A stretch of DNA of 63,410 nucleotides, filler included, from Reticulomyxa filosa (Eukaryota; Protista; Foraminifera), in NCBI GenBank assembly GCA_000512085.1. It is 18 parts of 18 records of this genome, joined end to end, with 100 filler letters (N's around TTAATTAATTAA, not from the genome) between each part and the next. Parts side by side here need not be neighbours in the genome. Positions count along the whole stretch, not along the records: positions 1 to 4,819 come from ASPP01017177.1; positions 4,920 to 8,936 come from ASPP01003445.1; positions 9,037 to 10,498 come from ASPP01011109.1; positions 10,599 to 12,415 come from ASPP01034368.1; positions 12,516 to 13,523 come from ASPP01013733.1; 13 more parts are not named here. One strand, given 5' to 3'. How positions within the stretch are numbered: the stretch's first letter is position 1; every line of letters begins with the position of its first letter. Below are positions 1-12,718 of the stretch, one piece after another. A program made the position numbers and the translations under genes. Below the pieces are notes generated by a model. It ran no database searches and was not told the origin of the DNA. It was given only the letters and a program-made list of their open reading frames with translations.

Positions 1-109
1 AAAAAAAAAAAAAATTTGTGAATTTTCGGGAAGGAGGAGGGGGGGGCTTGAAAAAAAAAACGTACAATTTTTTTAATTTTGTATTATGTTTAACTTATGT
101 TTGAGAAAG

Positions 110-176
110 GTATGGGACACCGCCGGACAAGAAAGATTTCAAAGTCTCGGAACAGCATTTTATCGTGGAGCAGGTG

Positions 177-207
<31 letters not shown>

Positions 208-916
208 TTCTCTATCAAATACCCCCTTTTTTTGTTTTATAAACAAATCTTTAAAGAGACTTTGTTTTAGGAGCAAACTGACTTGTTTAAACAAATGGAC
301 ACACTGTATACGTAAAAAAAAGTTTGAGGATATTTGAGATATAAAGTTTGATACCATACACTGCAATACAATGAAAATGTTAACACAAATACTCAACCGG
401 ACAACAACATAAAGACGCGTGCATAGTAGTGTATGACATAACGAGCGCAGAATCGTTTAAAAATGTGGAAATGTGGCGCAACAAATTGATAGAACAAGGC
501 AATATCGACAAGAACATTGTGCCGTTCTTATTATGTGGTAACAAATCTGATTTGAGCGCAAAACGGGAAGTGCCCACCAGCGACGCGGAAAAATATGCCA
601 AAGATAATGGCTTGATTTTTTTTGAAACGAGTGCTGTCGATGGAAAAAATATTGAACAGGCTTTGACTAGCCTCGCCACTGCGGCTTCTGAAAAAGACAA
701 TGCACCGTTTCGAATAACAAAAAAAAACAAACAAACAAACTAACAAATAAATAAAACTTGGATCCTTTTTAACATTTTTTTTATTGCAATTGTTCAATGT
801 GTTTCTTTTGGGCATATCAATACTTTAGATGGTTTTCTCCTGAAGTGGTCAATAAAATCAACCTGATTGAGAGTGGTGCAAGCATTGAACCGGACAAGGA
901 TACCTGCTTCTGTTGA
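110..916 (+). CDS. Rab7-like small GTPase, 5'-partial (exons 110-173, 415-706, 829-916)
   Basis: GT-AG splicing gives [31 protein letters not shown]...LCGNKSDL...FETSA...PDKDTCFC*. G3, G4 and G5 motifs, the Rab7-type 'FQSLG.AFYRGAD' and a CXC prenylation motif are present. Confidence 0.92.
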
Positions 917-1343
917 ATTTTAAACACTGACAAATTGTTTGTGTCAATTTTTGTAAAAAAAAAGAAAAAAACTGGTTTGGCGAAGTAATTTAAAGAAATT
1001 GAAGCAATCCAAGATTTAAAAGGGGATATGAAGAAATTCACTCCCTTTTTTTTTTGCATATCATCCATTTTTTGTTTATTACCTTTGTTTGTGGTGCTCT
1101 TTTTTTTGTTTATTGATTTGTGACAATGAACAAATTTGCAAAATAACATAAAAAAAAAAGTATTTTCGCATCTTTCTCACTCACTCCTTTTTTTTCTCCC
1201 TTCAAATCTCACAAAATTACAATTTTTCATAAATTGATGCTGATTGACATACGCATGTTTTTGCACTCTTGAGTGGGGCTCTTTTTCTTTCCTCGTGTGT
1301 TTTTAGTTTGCCCGGTGGGTTAATCATATCATCGTCAAGATAT

Positions 1344-2706
1344 ATGACAACAAGTTCTCAACATTTGGTGGACATTAAAGCGGAACAAAGCCGTAATTTT
1401 GATGGATATCGGTCGATGACAAGCGCGAAAGGCTTTGTGGTGATGGTAAGACCAGCACTTGCAGGATGGCTGGAGAAAAAAAGTCGAACAATAAAAAAAT
1501 GGAGACGACGCTACACGACATTGAATGATAACATGCTGTATACACATGAAAGTGATAGTTGTGACAAGGAGCCAACAGAAATGATCAATTTACACGAATG
1601 TTGTTGTGTGGAGCGTATAAATGCGGCGTTGAACACAACAAGTGGAGTGAGTAGTAAAGAAGAAAATCGAGAATTTGTATTTCGAATTCATACCTGCAGC
1701 AACAATAAAGGAGAAATAGCAACTACGTTGACATCGAAAATGAATGGTACAAAAGTACTGTCTTCGGAATCAACGTTTAAAGAAAATGAAGATATGGTAT
1801 TATATTGCGATCACAATGCACATACTTTAAGTTATGATTTTGCAAGTTCAGATGAACAAGAATTGAGCAAATGGCTCTCTCATATCAAACGGGTCATGGT
1901 TCAGCATCTAGCTTATCAATTGCAAAAAGAAGTTGTAATGAAATACAAGAAATGTCAAAAATTATTTGAACTCTTGGGAACCATTGATCCTGAAAATCAA
2001 CAAGTTGTTTTTTTTTGCACTATTTTGTTTGCATTCGTTATTTGCATTACGTATGTGTATATGTATACATGAATATTGTGGATAGACCTACCAACACGAC
2101 TTGGAAAAAACTTTTCAAGAAAAAGTAACTCCGAATTACTACACAGAAATTAAAGAAAAATCGTGTCGTTATCTGGACTCAAAATCGGCCAGACAGATAT
2201 TTATTGACAGTCATGGCTCCGGAAACGATGAAGAAGAAAAGGCGGTGTCAGAAGGAAGGGATGTTGTACAAAAAATGTGTAATCCCTCTTCTCCCGACTA
2301 TGACACGGCCCTTTCGCAAGACATTGGCACTCCTTACTCTTCTGTGTCGACAACTCAGCCACTGGTACCACCACTATCACAGCCACTATCACCGTCACAA
2401 CCACGCCCGCCACCAGTACCAACTAAACCTTTGCCTCCATCTCATCACCGGCAAATGTCTCACCCTTTCAGCAACAGCGATATCTCTCTTAATTCCATTA
2501 AACAAACTGCATTGCACAACGATGAACAAATTCGAATAGCTACACAACAAGCAGAATATATCGACAAGGTTATTAACAAATCAAACGTTTCGCCGACATC
2601 ACCAACCTCATCAATCTTCTCACCATCATCAAGCGCTAAGCCGGTCCAACCCCCACCCCCACCAACTAAAACTGCACGCAAAGCTCCTCCACCACCAAGA
2701 AAGTAA
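1344..2706 (+). CDS. PH-domain protein with proline-rich C-terminal tail (exons 1344-2003, 2086-2706)
   Basis: LAGWLEKKSRTIKKWRRRYTTLNDNMLY...FASSDEQELSKWLSHI is a PH signature. An in-frame GT-AG intron at 2004-2085 joins the two ORFs, and the tail carries PPPVPTKPLPP and APPPPRK motifs. Confidence 0.85.
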
Positions 2707-3165
2707 TTTTCAAACTCTTTTTTTCCCTTTGTTGCTTGAGGATGAATTATTACTCACGCTTTTTTTTTTTGTTTAATTTTTATTTTTTTACAAGTGTTTT
2801 GGTTACGAACAGTGATTGTCAACTAACAATGTAAAGAACCAAACCTCTTGAAACCAAAAAACACATTACGTGTTTTCCTGTGTTGTCAGCAAAATTCAAT
2901 TTAAATTCTGCAAAAAAATCCCTGCTGCAAACAAACAAGACAAAGAAGTTTTATGGGCTGCAAACATTCCGACTTAAAAAAAAAAGTACTTCCATTACAG
3001 CCCTTATGGAAGTATATTTTTGGAAAAGTTATTTTGGCTTTCCAAAAAAAAAAGTGCCAAGTTTTTGTGCGAAAAATCCTTTGCTGGTTTTAACCAAAAA
3101 TTCTCGTATGAGTCTTTTGGTTAAATCTTTGTTTTCCCTCATCCAAATTGCGTGAGTTTGTTTCT

Positions 3166-4819
3166 TTATTTTCCAGTCTTTGGTCTTTGGAATCTCTTAT
3201 TATTATTCAAGTTGTTATGCTTTCTTTCAATTACTTGCTGTTTTTGTGGTTTAGGTAACGGTGTTGTCTTGTTGGGTTGTGGTTTTAATAGATCAGACCA
3301 CGATTTGTCAAATTGTCTCTTCTTCAGAGCTTCTTGTTGTTTGTTATAAGTCTGCATGTCAAGTAAAGACGGAAAAGTCTCGAATGACGTGATATCTAAT
3401 GGCTTTTCATGAACACGTTTTTGAGCTTCCTTTTGGCGTTCTTCCTCGACTAACTTTGCTTCTTGATCGAGTTTTTCTTGTTCGATGAGTTGACGAACAC
3501 GAGCTTTCTCATCAATTTCGGATTGGTAATGTCGAAGAACTTGCGGTGAGACAAGCTGGGTCATGTCGATCTCCACAAACGCAAAGTTTGCGTTATATGG
3601 CAGAATGGCACTCAACCACTTGAATTGCTGTTTCAAATGAGGAGTGAATGTAAATTTTTCAATTTGTAATATTTTACAATTTTTCAAGTATTTGGGTAGC
3701 AGGTGTTGGATTGGGTTTGCTCTTGAGCGATGATATGACCTGTGATAACTCTGTCGCGAGTACTCGGCACGCAACATATTCCAATTCAATGGATCCAAGA
3801 ATAAGTATTGTCCATCTATAGACTGATACACATGATTTAAGTTAGGAGGACGAACATTCATTTTGTCTCTCCCTCCATCCGGCATTGCTGTTGTTTCTGT
3901 TTGCTATCGACGTCGTTGTCGTCGTCGACTTGGACTGTGACACGGACATAACGACAGGAGATTCACCAGAAGAAGAAGGATAAGATTCCAATTCCAATAA
4001 GTGCAATTGAAATTGCTTCAAGTAGTTGGACAATGAGGCAAGGAAAGGCATTTCAAAATAATCGTCCGACGACACCGATTTCATATACCGTCCGACTTGG
4101 GAAATCATATCTTCAATTCGAGTAACTTCTTGTTTAACATTGACAACGTCAAATCTCCGAAATTTCCAAAGAAAATTCTCATCATTATTATTTTCTTCTT
4201 TTTCATCATCTTGTTCTTGTTCTTGTTCTTGCTCTTGTTTATCTTTCTCTTTCGCGTCATAGTGATTGTCACTTGGAGCGGGTTGCATTAATGGCGACAA
4301 AGACTTTGTGTTATAATCTTTGTGTTCATATCCAACTGCTTGCAAAAGCTCCGTGCCATATTCGCGTTCGACCAAAACAAAGTCGATCAACTCTCCGGAT
4401 AAGAACTTGTGAACTCGGCGGAATACCACAATTCGACACTGTTGGAAATGGAAATAAAACTGGCACAGTGGACAAGGACCTCTCGTGTCTTTCCAGAAAT
4501 CGACAGGCACCGCATGATATGCGTTAATGTGCACAGTCGCGTCCGTCGACTGCACTTGCGACTGCAGACGCAAGGGATGATGTTCGAACAGACAATGCAG
4601 TAGGCAATTGCCACAAAAGATATGTCCGCAAGGGGTCATAAACGGCAAGAAAAACTCTTCGCACAAGCAAACAGAGCAGCGGAAGGTGCTGTGTTGGTAG
4701 ATGCGAACAATAATACGTATAATATTTTCCCAAGGCAGTTTCGGAAAGGGATCACTCAGTAGCCACAAACTGTACGATTTGAAACGACGTTTTTCATTGA
4801 TAGATGTGGTTGTGGTTGT
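3166..4819 (-). CDS. RNF10/Mag2-like RING-finger E3 ligase, 5'-partial, frame break near 3880-3950
   Basis: C3HC4 RING (CSVC...TPCGHIFCGNCLLH...CPLC) preceded by 'PWENI'. The downstream 'VYQSIDGQYLFLDPLNWNMLRAEY' and 'FKWLSAILP...FAFVEIDM' match conserved RNF10/Mag2 blocks. Confidence 0.82.
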
Positions 4820-4919
4820 NNNNNNNNNNNNNNNNNNNNNNNNNNNNNNNNNNNNNNNNNNNNTTAATTAATTAANNNNNNNNNNNNNNNNNNNNNNNNN
4901 NNNNNNNNNNNNNNNNNNN
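4820..4919. other. Artificial contig-joining spacer (44N-TTAATTAATTAA-44N), first of 17
   Basis: Identical 100-bp spacers start at 4820, 8937, 10499, 12416, 13524, 15389, 21860, 26895, 33001, 36598, 38925, 40341, 50157, 51512, 57552, 59795 and 61257. The core gives stops in all six frames, and genes are cut abruptly at the spacers. Confidence 0.98.
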
Positions 4920-7900
4920 TCGAACAAGGATATGCAATATCTTCATTACCATAATTCCATTTTAATTAATGATATGAGTAACCCCATTCGCTGGCTTGTT
5001 TATTACAATAATTAGTTAATTCATTCAATGCATCCAAAGTGATATTATCATCATTGCAATTCAATTGGATACGAGGATTATATGTCAGCAAACCAAATGC
5101 AAATAATTCCATTTCCTTATTTTCATTTATTTTTATTTGTGTATTCTCTGCGGTTATTTCTTTTCTCGTATTTTTTTTATTTCCAAACAAATTTTTCCAA
5201 ATAGAATTATCATTCACTACTTTATGTTTCTTTTTGTTTATCATTTTCAGTGGAGTATTCTCTTTCAATGCACAAATTGTCACACGTTTCCACATATCTT
5301 CAGACATTCCCTTCAATACAATATTTATATACCATAAATTTTTTTTCCCTTTTTCTAACAAGCGTTTCATCAACAAATACAATTGTTTATCATTTAATTT
5401 CACAGATATTTTTGCAAGTGCATAGTAATAACTAGCTTCATATATGGCCAAATGTTCTATGAATGCGTTGAAAACCTCCTCCAATTGCTTCTCATCCAAT
5501 TTCACTGAAATATCTCCAAGTGTTTCTACACATGAACTACGAACATATTTATTTTCATATTTCAATCCATTGATCAAGTGTTGGAAAGCATCAGTCAAAT
5601 ATCTTTCATTTAATTTTGTTATGAAAATTTCCAATAGATTTTGCACAGAAATTACGAATATCTTCATTGTTATCTTTTAATCCATTGATTAGACATTTAA
5701 AGATAGCATCAACTTGTGTTTTACTCAATTTCATTACAATTGTTTCAAGTAAATGTCCATAAATATATGCCTTTTTATTTTGAAATCCATTTATCAAATG
5801 ATTAAAAGTATCATGGATTTGTTGTTCATTCAATTTCACTGCAATTGTTCCAAGTGAACGTGCACATTCTCTACATACCCATATATCTTCATTTTCATCA
5901 TTTAGCCTATCTATTAAAGAATTAAAAGTGTCATTCAATTGTTTTTCATTCCATTTCATTGAAAGTTCCCCAAGCAATCCTGCACATATACTACGAATAT
6001 ATTTATTATCAGATAATCCATTAATCCAACATTTAAAAACATAGTCTAATTGTTCTTCTTTCAATTTCATTATGAATTGAGTATTATATTTATAATAAAA
6101 ATATGTATGACACTTATTGATCAAATATTGGAAGACATTATCCAATTGTTTTCCTCCCAATTGTAATGAAATCATTGCAAGTGTATGTGTATATTTATCA
6201 TAAATTTTAATTTTTCCATCGTCAAAGGCATTCATTAAAAATTTCAAAACTTTATTTAATTGTCTCTCATTTAAGTTTAATGCCATTTCTGTAAGTAATT
6301 CTGCACACATACTATCTTCGCCTTTATCGCTAAGCCCATTCATTAAAAATTCTAAAACATCATCTAATTGTTTTTCATTCAATTTCCCAAATATTTTACA
6401 AAATAAATACCAACTAATTTTAAAATATTGTTTATAACATTGTATAACAATACTTAAAGTTTCTGTAGAAACACACAAATAATTTAATACATTCAACCGA
6501 TCTCTTATTAATCCATTGTTATCAAGTATTCTCAATTCCTTTTGAATTACTTGATTTGATTGATGATACATGAATGAATATCTGAATGATGAAAAATATA
6601 TTGAAAATTGGGCAAATGCAATTCCATTACTCTATTCAATGGCCGCTCGATCAATCTATCAAAGATCTCTCTGTATGCGTAATCTCTTTGTCTTGATCAA
6701 AATAAATCCAAGTAATAAGCAATGATTTGAATAAACCCACAAGTATTTTGTGACAAGTCTGGATTTTCAATGGAAGGAATGGACTATCTGTGTCTGCTTT
6801 ACAAGCATCAAGACAATGCATATGTAACATCTTTTGATGAATGGAAACAGGTTGAGGTGGTGAAGAATGTAATAATTTCCAAAAATACAATAAACCAGAT
6901 CCTGATGGATCTCTCTTATTTTCAATATTATTATACAATATTCCAGCCATAAATGGAATCATCACAGCATATTTTGGAGTGATTTGTTGATTGATTAAAA
7001 TTGAACATACTTGTTGATGGTTGTCTGATTCACTTGATTCATATAAACAATTCACCAAATAATAAGCAGCAAGCCATTCTTGAAATGTCAAATGAGGGAA
7101 ATACACAGGGTCCATTGGATGTGATGGATTTATTGATTCTTGTCCTTGTAAAAATCCAAATGAATTGATTCGATGCCATTGAGAAATCACTGAAATATCT
7201 TTGCGTGGATATTTACTTTTAATAATATGTAATATTCTTTGTTGTATTTTACAAGAAATAACAGCTTGTCCACATCTTAATCCTTCCCATGCAATATGTG
7301 ACAAATAATCCATTTCCATTTCAAAAATGACAAATATCATTTCTTCATTTGGTTTTGATGTTATTCCATTTAATTTCATCCAATTCCATTTCATATAACT
7401 TTTCAACAATGTTTCATACAATTTCGAAAGAGACATATTATCAAAGATTTGTTTTGTCTTGTCAAATAACAAAATAAACGCAAATACAAAGGTGTGTGAC
7501 TCAATAATTTCAAACTTGGATTATCATTCAATTTCTTTATCAACAAATCTGCTTGACCATTGTCAATTTGAATATTTTTGAAATAAGCATAAACATAATT
7601 TTGAATATCTTGTGATTGGAATCCAATTACATTTAATATTTGTGGATTATTTAGATATGAACAAATTGCATTGGGACGACTTGTCATTATCACACAATAA
7701 TTTTCATTGATAGTGCAATGTTGCAACCATTGTTGTAAACCAGTGTTCTTTTCAATTTCATTTGCAATTTCATCAAATCCATCCAACAATAACAATCCAT
7801 TATTTGAATTAATCACATATTTAGTATCATTTGTATCCCATTGTGGAATATGCAATACATTGAAAACCTTTGACCATTGATTTTCAATATCTTCTTTGTT

Positions 7901-8408
7901 GTCAAAAATATTGACAAGTTTTCTCAAAGGAATATGTAATAACCATTGAAATTGATCATTCCACATTTGATTGTTTGCCCATAAATATGCAATCCTTTGA
8001 GATAACACACTTTTTCCACTTCCAGCTTCTCCACGAATACTAATGTGACGAATATTTGATCCATTTTTTATATCATTCCAAATTCTTGCACTTCTATTGT
8101 TTCTGTTTTATTTTCATAAATTAATGAATAATCAATGAATTTGCCCATTTTCCATTTTCTTGTTCGTGTTTCTGTTCATCATTTTTCATTTTATCTTTTT
8201 GTTCTTGAAATCGTTGTTGAGTTAAAAGGGCCAATCGAATATAACAACTATCAATAGATTGTCCAGGATCATCAAATAATGGAGACAACTTGTCTTGTGC
8301 TTTGTAATGTCGCAGCAACTTTTCCGTTGTTGCATTCAGTTCTCTTTTGTCTTCTTTTACTTCTGCTACTTCACTAACACGAGTCTCCTCAGGATACTTT
8401 TCTTCCAT
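4920..8408 (-). pseudogene. NACHT (STAND) NTPase with C-terminal HEAT-like repeats, intronless, broken by several frameshifts
   Basis: Walker A RGEAGSGKS (~8010-8036), Walker B LLLLDGFDE, 'VIMTSRP', 'TPLYLRLFC' and winged-helix 'FPHLTFQEWLAAYYL', then repeated R..CA..LG.I..KLNE.QL...F..LI.GL.D units. The gene is split over ORFs 8121-8408, 7403-8008, 6651-7472, 5606-6571 and 4966-5667. Confidence 0.85.
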
Positions 8409-9036
8409 TTCTTTCTGAACCTAATTACAAGTTCGAAAAAATTAAAGCAAAAGTTTTCAGAGTTGTTTTTTTTTTGCTTGAAAAAAACTACAAAATTAGA
8501 GTCTTTGTACAAATTGCAATATTTAACATTTGTTTCAAAATATTTATCTTTTTGAGTTTGAAAATTGGTTTTACTTGGTTCATATTGGAGATATTTGAAA
8601 TGGGCATTTGTTTGTTAAATTTGGGACTGATATTGATGCTTGAAAATGCATAAAATAATCTGCAAATTCAAATACTTTCATCATCAAATATTATTCCTTA
8701 TTTTCTATAACCACAAAACATATGATTATATATCCATTAAACAAAAATACTGAGGAGAAATTCACATAGAAATGTATAGATATTATGGTTAATCTTTTGT
8801 ATTACACAATTCTTGTTTCAATGTAAAATCCAATTTTTTATTTTTTTTTTATCAAAACAAAACTTGATAATGTGTCATAAACAAAATATAACCATAATAA
8901 TAAAATCAACTTTCAATTGTTATATTTTGTAATCTTNNNNNNNNNNNNNNNNNNNNNNNNNNNNNNNNNNNNNNNNNNNNTTAATTAATTAANNNNNNNN
9001 NNNNNNNNNNNNNNNNNNNNNNNNNNNNNNNNNNNN

Positions 9037-10394
9037 GAAGAGAAGGAGAAGGAAAACGAACACCACAATAACAACAATAATAACAATAACAACAATAACA
9101 ACAATAACAACAATAAAAATAAGAATAATACGGTAATGTCGAGGACGAAACAACATGTCAATAGCTTTGCGAAAAGTGGAACTCGCACATTGGTGATGGC
9201 GTGGCGTCCAGTGACAAAGGAACAATACGACCAATTTGCACGCGAATTTGCGGAGGCACAGGTGTCATTGACACAGCGCAGCGAGAAGATCGAGCAGGCA
9301 TTCTCTTCGTTGGAGCACTCACTACGACTGCTGGGATGCACGGCCGTGGAAGACCAAATGCAAGAAATGGTAGCCGAAACAGTGCGACAATTGCAAGAGG
9401 CCAACATCAAGGTCATCATGCTGACCGGCGACAAGCAGGAGACTGCCATTTCCATTGGCAGACAGTCGGGTATTATCGCCAAATACATTGCCGACTCCCA
9501 ACTCATGATTTTGTCGGCCACGCTGCCGTCGGGTGATACGGCCACGTCATCCAGCGCCATTCACCTCTGTTGCATGACACCAAACAAAAGGTGGATCTGT
9601 TGATTCAAAAATGTGCTAAAAAAAAAAACGTCTTCTTCCAATGTCACATCCAAACGTGATTATCATCATTTCCATCATCCTCATCATCATACTCCCTTTT
9701 CTTCTGCTTCTACCTCTGCCAATACTTATTACACATACAACTCCACTTCCTCCAAACAGTCGCATCAAAATGCTCTTGTCATCAATGGCGACGCCTTAGA
9801 GCTATGTTTACACGAAGCTTTGCTAGAAAGTTTCATTGTATTGTTTGAATAGTTTTGTATGTTAACTCTTCTTCTTCTTCTTTTTCGTGTATACGTTGCG
9901 TTATATATATATATATATGCATGGACGGTCTTGTATAATGCATGTGCGTGCATGTGTGTGTATGTATGTATGTATATGGAAAAAAAAAAAAAAGCTGTGG
10001 TGCGATTGTTTGCAATCGAGCAAACCCAGCGCAAAAAGCAATGCTGGTTCGGATGGCGAAAAGCCGACTGTCGGGGATAGCGCTGGCGATAGGGGACGGT
10101 GCGAATGACGTGTCGATGATCCAAGAGTCGAATGTCGGAGTGGGCATAATGGGCAAGGAAGGTACGCAGGCGGCGTTGGCGGCGGACTTTGTGATCCATC
10201 GATTTCGACATTTGTCGCGCTTGTTGTTCGTGCACGGCAGATTTGCGTTTTTAAGGACGTCGACCGTCTGTCTGATCTCGCTGTACAAAAACATGGTGTT
10301 CATGCTCCCCATTGTGTACTTTGGCTTTTTTTCCTTGTTCACCGCCCAGCCAATGTTTGATGCCAATATGATGTCTGCTTTCAATACTTTGTTA
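9037..10394 (+). CDS. P4-type ATPase (phospholipid flippase), internal fragment, intron 9852-9994
   Basis: Motifs GTRTLVMAWR, LLGCTAVEDQMQ, MLTGDKQETAISIG, LVINGDAL, CNRANPAQKA, AIGDGANDVSMIQ, GKEGTQAALAADF and LLFVHGR. There is an apparent frame break near 9580-9610. Confidence 0.92.
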
Positions 10395-10598
10395 TGTTTC
10401 TTTTTGATAATAAATAAATAAATATATGTATATACATATATATATTTATTTATTTATTTATTTTTTAATTAAAAAAAAAATTGTTATCAATTGACTTGNN
10501 NNNNNNNNNNNNNNNNNNNNNNNNNNNNNNNNNNNNNNNNNNTTAATTAATTAANNNNNNNNNNNNNNNNNNNNNNNNNNNNNNNNNNNNNNNNNNNN

Positions 10599-12290
10599 TT
10601 GAAGAACTTGCTCACAATAATTTTCTATTTTCAAAGAGGGATCATTCTTGTAAAGACATATGCATCTTATTCGATTCGAGGTACTAAAAGTATTTCAAAT
10701 TCATTGTTGAAAAGAATTGCGTGATTCCGAAATTGAATGGCCGTAGTGCAATGTACAATGTCACCCACTTGCGCATTTTCGCCATGTGCGCTTAATTCAA
10801 CTGTCTTTCCATTTCCATTCCACCACTTTTTGCCGACTCCAACGTTTATGCAAATTGCAGCTCTATCACGTACGGACGTGTTGAAAGCATAAACATATAC
10901 GACATTGTCCAAAAGTTTGGTCTTATCTACCCTCGAACGCCAGCCCGACTCATGCAAGCAAGCAGTGCCCAAACGCATCAGCAAGCTCGAGCACGTATAC
11001 AATAAAAGATCGCACTCAATCAAACAAATACACCCATCGGTATTTGTAATTCGGGGTTTGAATTGTCGCAGCCTCTGGATGTGCTTGCATATTTGAACGC
11101 TGCTTCGAATGCGTCCTACCAAGATAAAAGTGGTACAATCGTTGTCACATATGGAGAGGATGCAAGTCAATTTCATTCCAACCAAGCAACCCGCCACACA
11201 ATGATATAAAGACCTCCTTTAGATGGCGATATTGGACATGTGGAAGTTGAAGTCCAAAATATAATCGTTACGCTATATTGCAAATATGATCGGAACGACG
11301 GCAATGGTAATCAATGGCTCCCTATTTCTCATGTGACACGATGTAATGAGCACAGGTTATTCATTCAAACCAATGATGTGGCTATGTGCTATGACAACGC
11401 AACTCACAAAACTCACATATCAACTGGAGTTTATTTACAAGCGCAACGGATGTAGCCGCGGTTATTGATGATCTGTCCAAAAAAGCGATTGATGCGTCAT
11501 GGCTGTATAACAGAACACAGCAATCCAAAAGTTGTTTTTCCCAAAATGGAACATGGATCGAAGTGAAAGGTTTAGAAATTGAAAACAATTTGTCCAAACC
11601 ATATCAGTATAATGTATCCACAAGTGACATATCTTTTATTGCGCAAGCATTGAACTCTGCAAGATTTGAATGGTATAGTGAAAAATATTAAACGCGATCA
11701 ATCAACGTATTTTACAATACGATTTCCAATTCGTCGATTTCGTTGTCATCGTTATCGTTGCAACGTCGGAAAAATGTTTGGGGTACAATTGCGTGCGATG
11801 ACGTCTGGCAAACAAATGAATCGGGAATCTGACTTTTTCAACAAATTGACAATTGGTATATCGGGAGTAAGTTACAATTACTTTGCCCAGTTACACTGAA
11901 GATGATAGGAGGCAATGTAAATCCATATCTCTCGGCAGCAGCATGTATTGCAATGTGTGCCAAGAGAAAGTCATCTCAATATTGGATTATTTTGCAGTAA
12001 ATTTGCAAATCAATCTATACAATTTTGGACAGTGACGAGAAGACAAAGTTTACCCCAGGTTGATGACTATCTTTTAGCAATGGTGTGATATGTAATGATG
12101 GAGATATTCGAGTGGACGCATATTCCACAGAAAACTTTCCTTGTGGTATGCAATCCTGCCATCATTTAAACCCAAACAGAGAATGGACTTATGTTGTCCA
12201 TCTACAACACCCAGAACAACAGAAGCAAAAAAAAGCATGGACAATGACAAGAAAATAAAGAAAATCAATCAGATGTGACGGATGGAGGTT
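10599..12290 (+). pseudogene. Unassigned, decayed coding-like sequence
   Basis: Less AT-rich than intergenic DNA, with several short protein-like + strand ORFs interrupted by stops. No family recognised. Confidence 0.25.
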
Positions 12291-12524
12291 AGTGTGATTG
12301 TATGTTGTTTGTATCATATTTTTAGTTGTTGTAATATATCTCCATCAAAACAATGTGGTCATGTGAAATGCTTTGCTTTAGATTTGAATGGAAGGGGAGA
12401 AGAAAAAAAAAAAGANNNNNNNNNNNNNNNNNNNNNNNNNNNNNNNNNNNNNNNNNNNNTTAATTAATTAANNNNNNNNNNNNNNNNNNNNNNNNNNNNN
12501 NNNNNNNNNNNNNNNGACAACACC

Positions 12525-12555
12525 GTAGCCCGGATAAGCCACAGGCGCATCCGGG
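12525..12555 (+). repeat. GTAG-family REP element, copy 1
   Basis: GTAG followed by the palindrome CCCGGATaaGCCacaGGCgcATCCGGG, which resembles enterobacterial REP architecture. Confidence 0.8.
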
Positions 12556-12603
12556 AAAACAGCTGCCGCACCCGGCGGAACAAACCCACACCCAGACAGG
12601 ACC

Positions 12604-12634
12604 GTAGCCCGGATAAGCCGCAGGCGCACCCGGG
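12604..12634 (+). repeat. GTAG-family REP element, copy 2 (direct repeat, 79-bp period)
   Basis: GTAGCCCGGATAAGCCGCAGGCGCACCCGGG, 2 substitutions relative to copy 1. Confidence 0.8.
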
Positions 12635-12660
12635 GAAACCCCAAGCCACACACGAGCAAG

Positions 12661-12690
12661 GCAATAAAAAAGCCCGGCTGAACCGGGCTC
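12661..12690 (-). terminator. Rho-independent terminator after nusB
   Basis: Minus strand reads AGCCCGG-TTCAG-CCGGGCT-TTTTTATT, about 30 nt after the nusB stop. Confidence 0.88.
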
Positions 12691-12718
12691 TGGCAACACA
12701 GCCCGCAGGCTGCGCGAA

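Noticed and set aside
12525-12634. Two-repeat CRISPR array
   Set aside because: Only two units, GTAG-REP architecture, a position after a terminator, and no cas genes.
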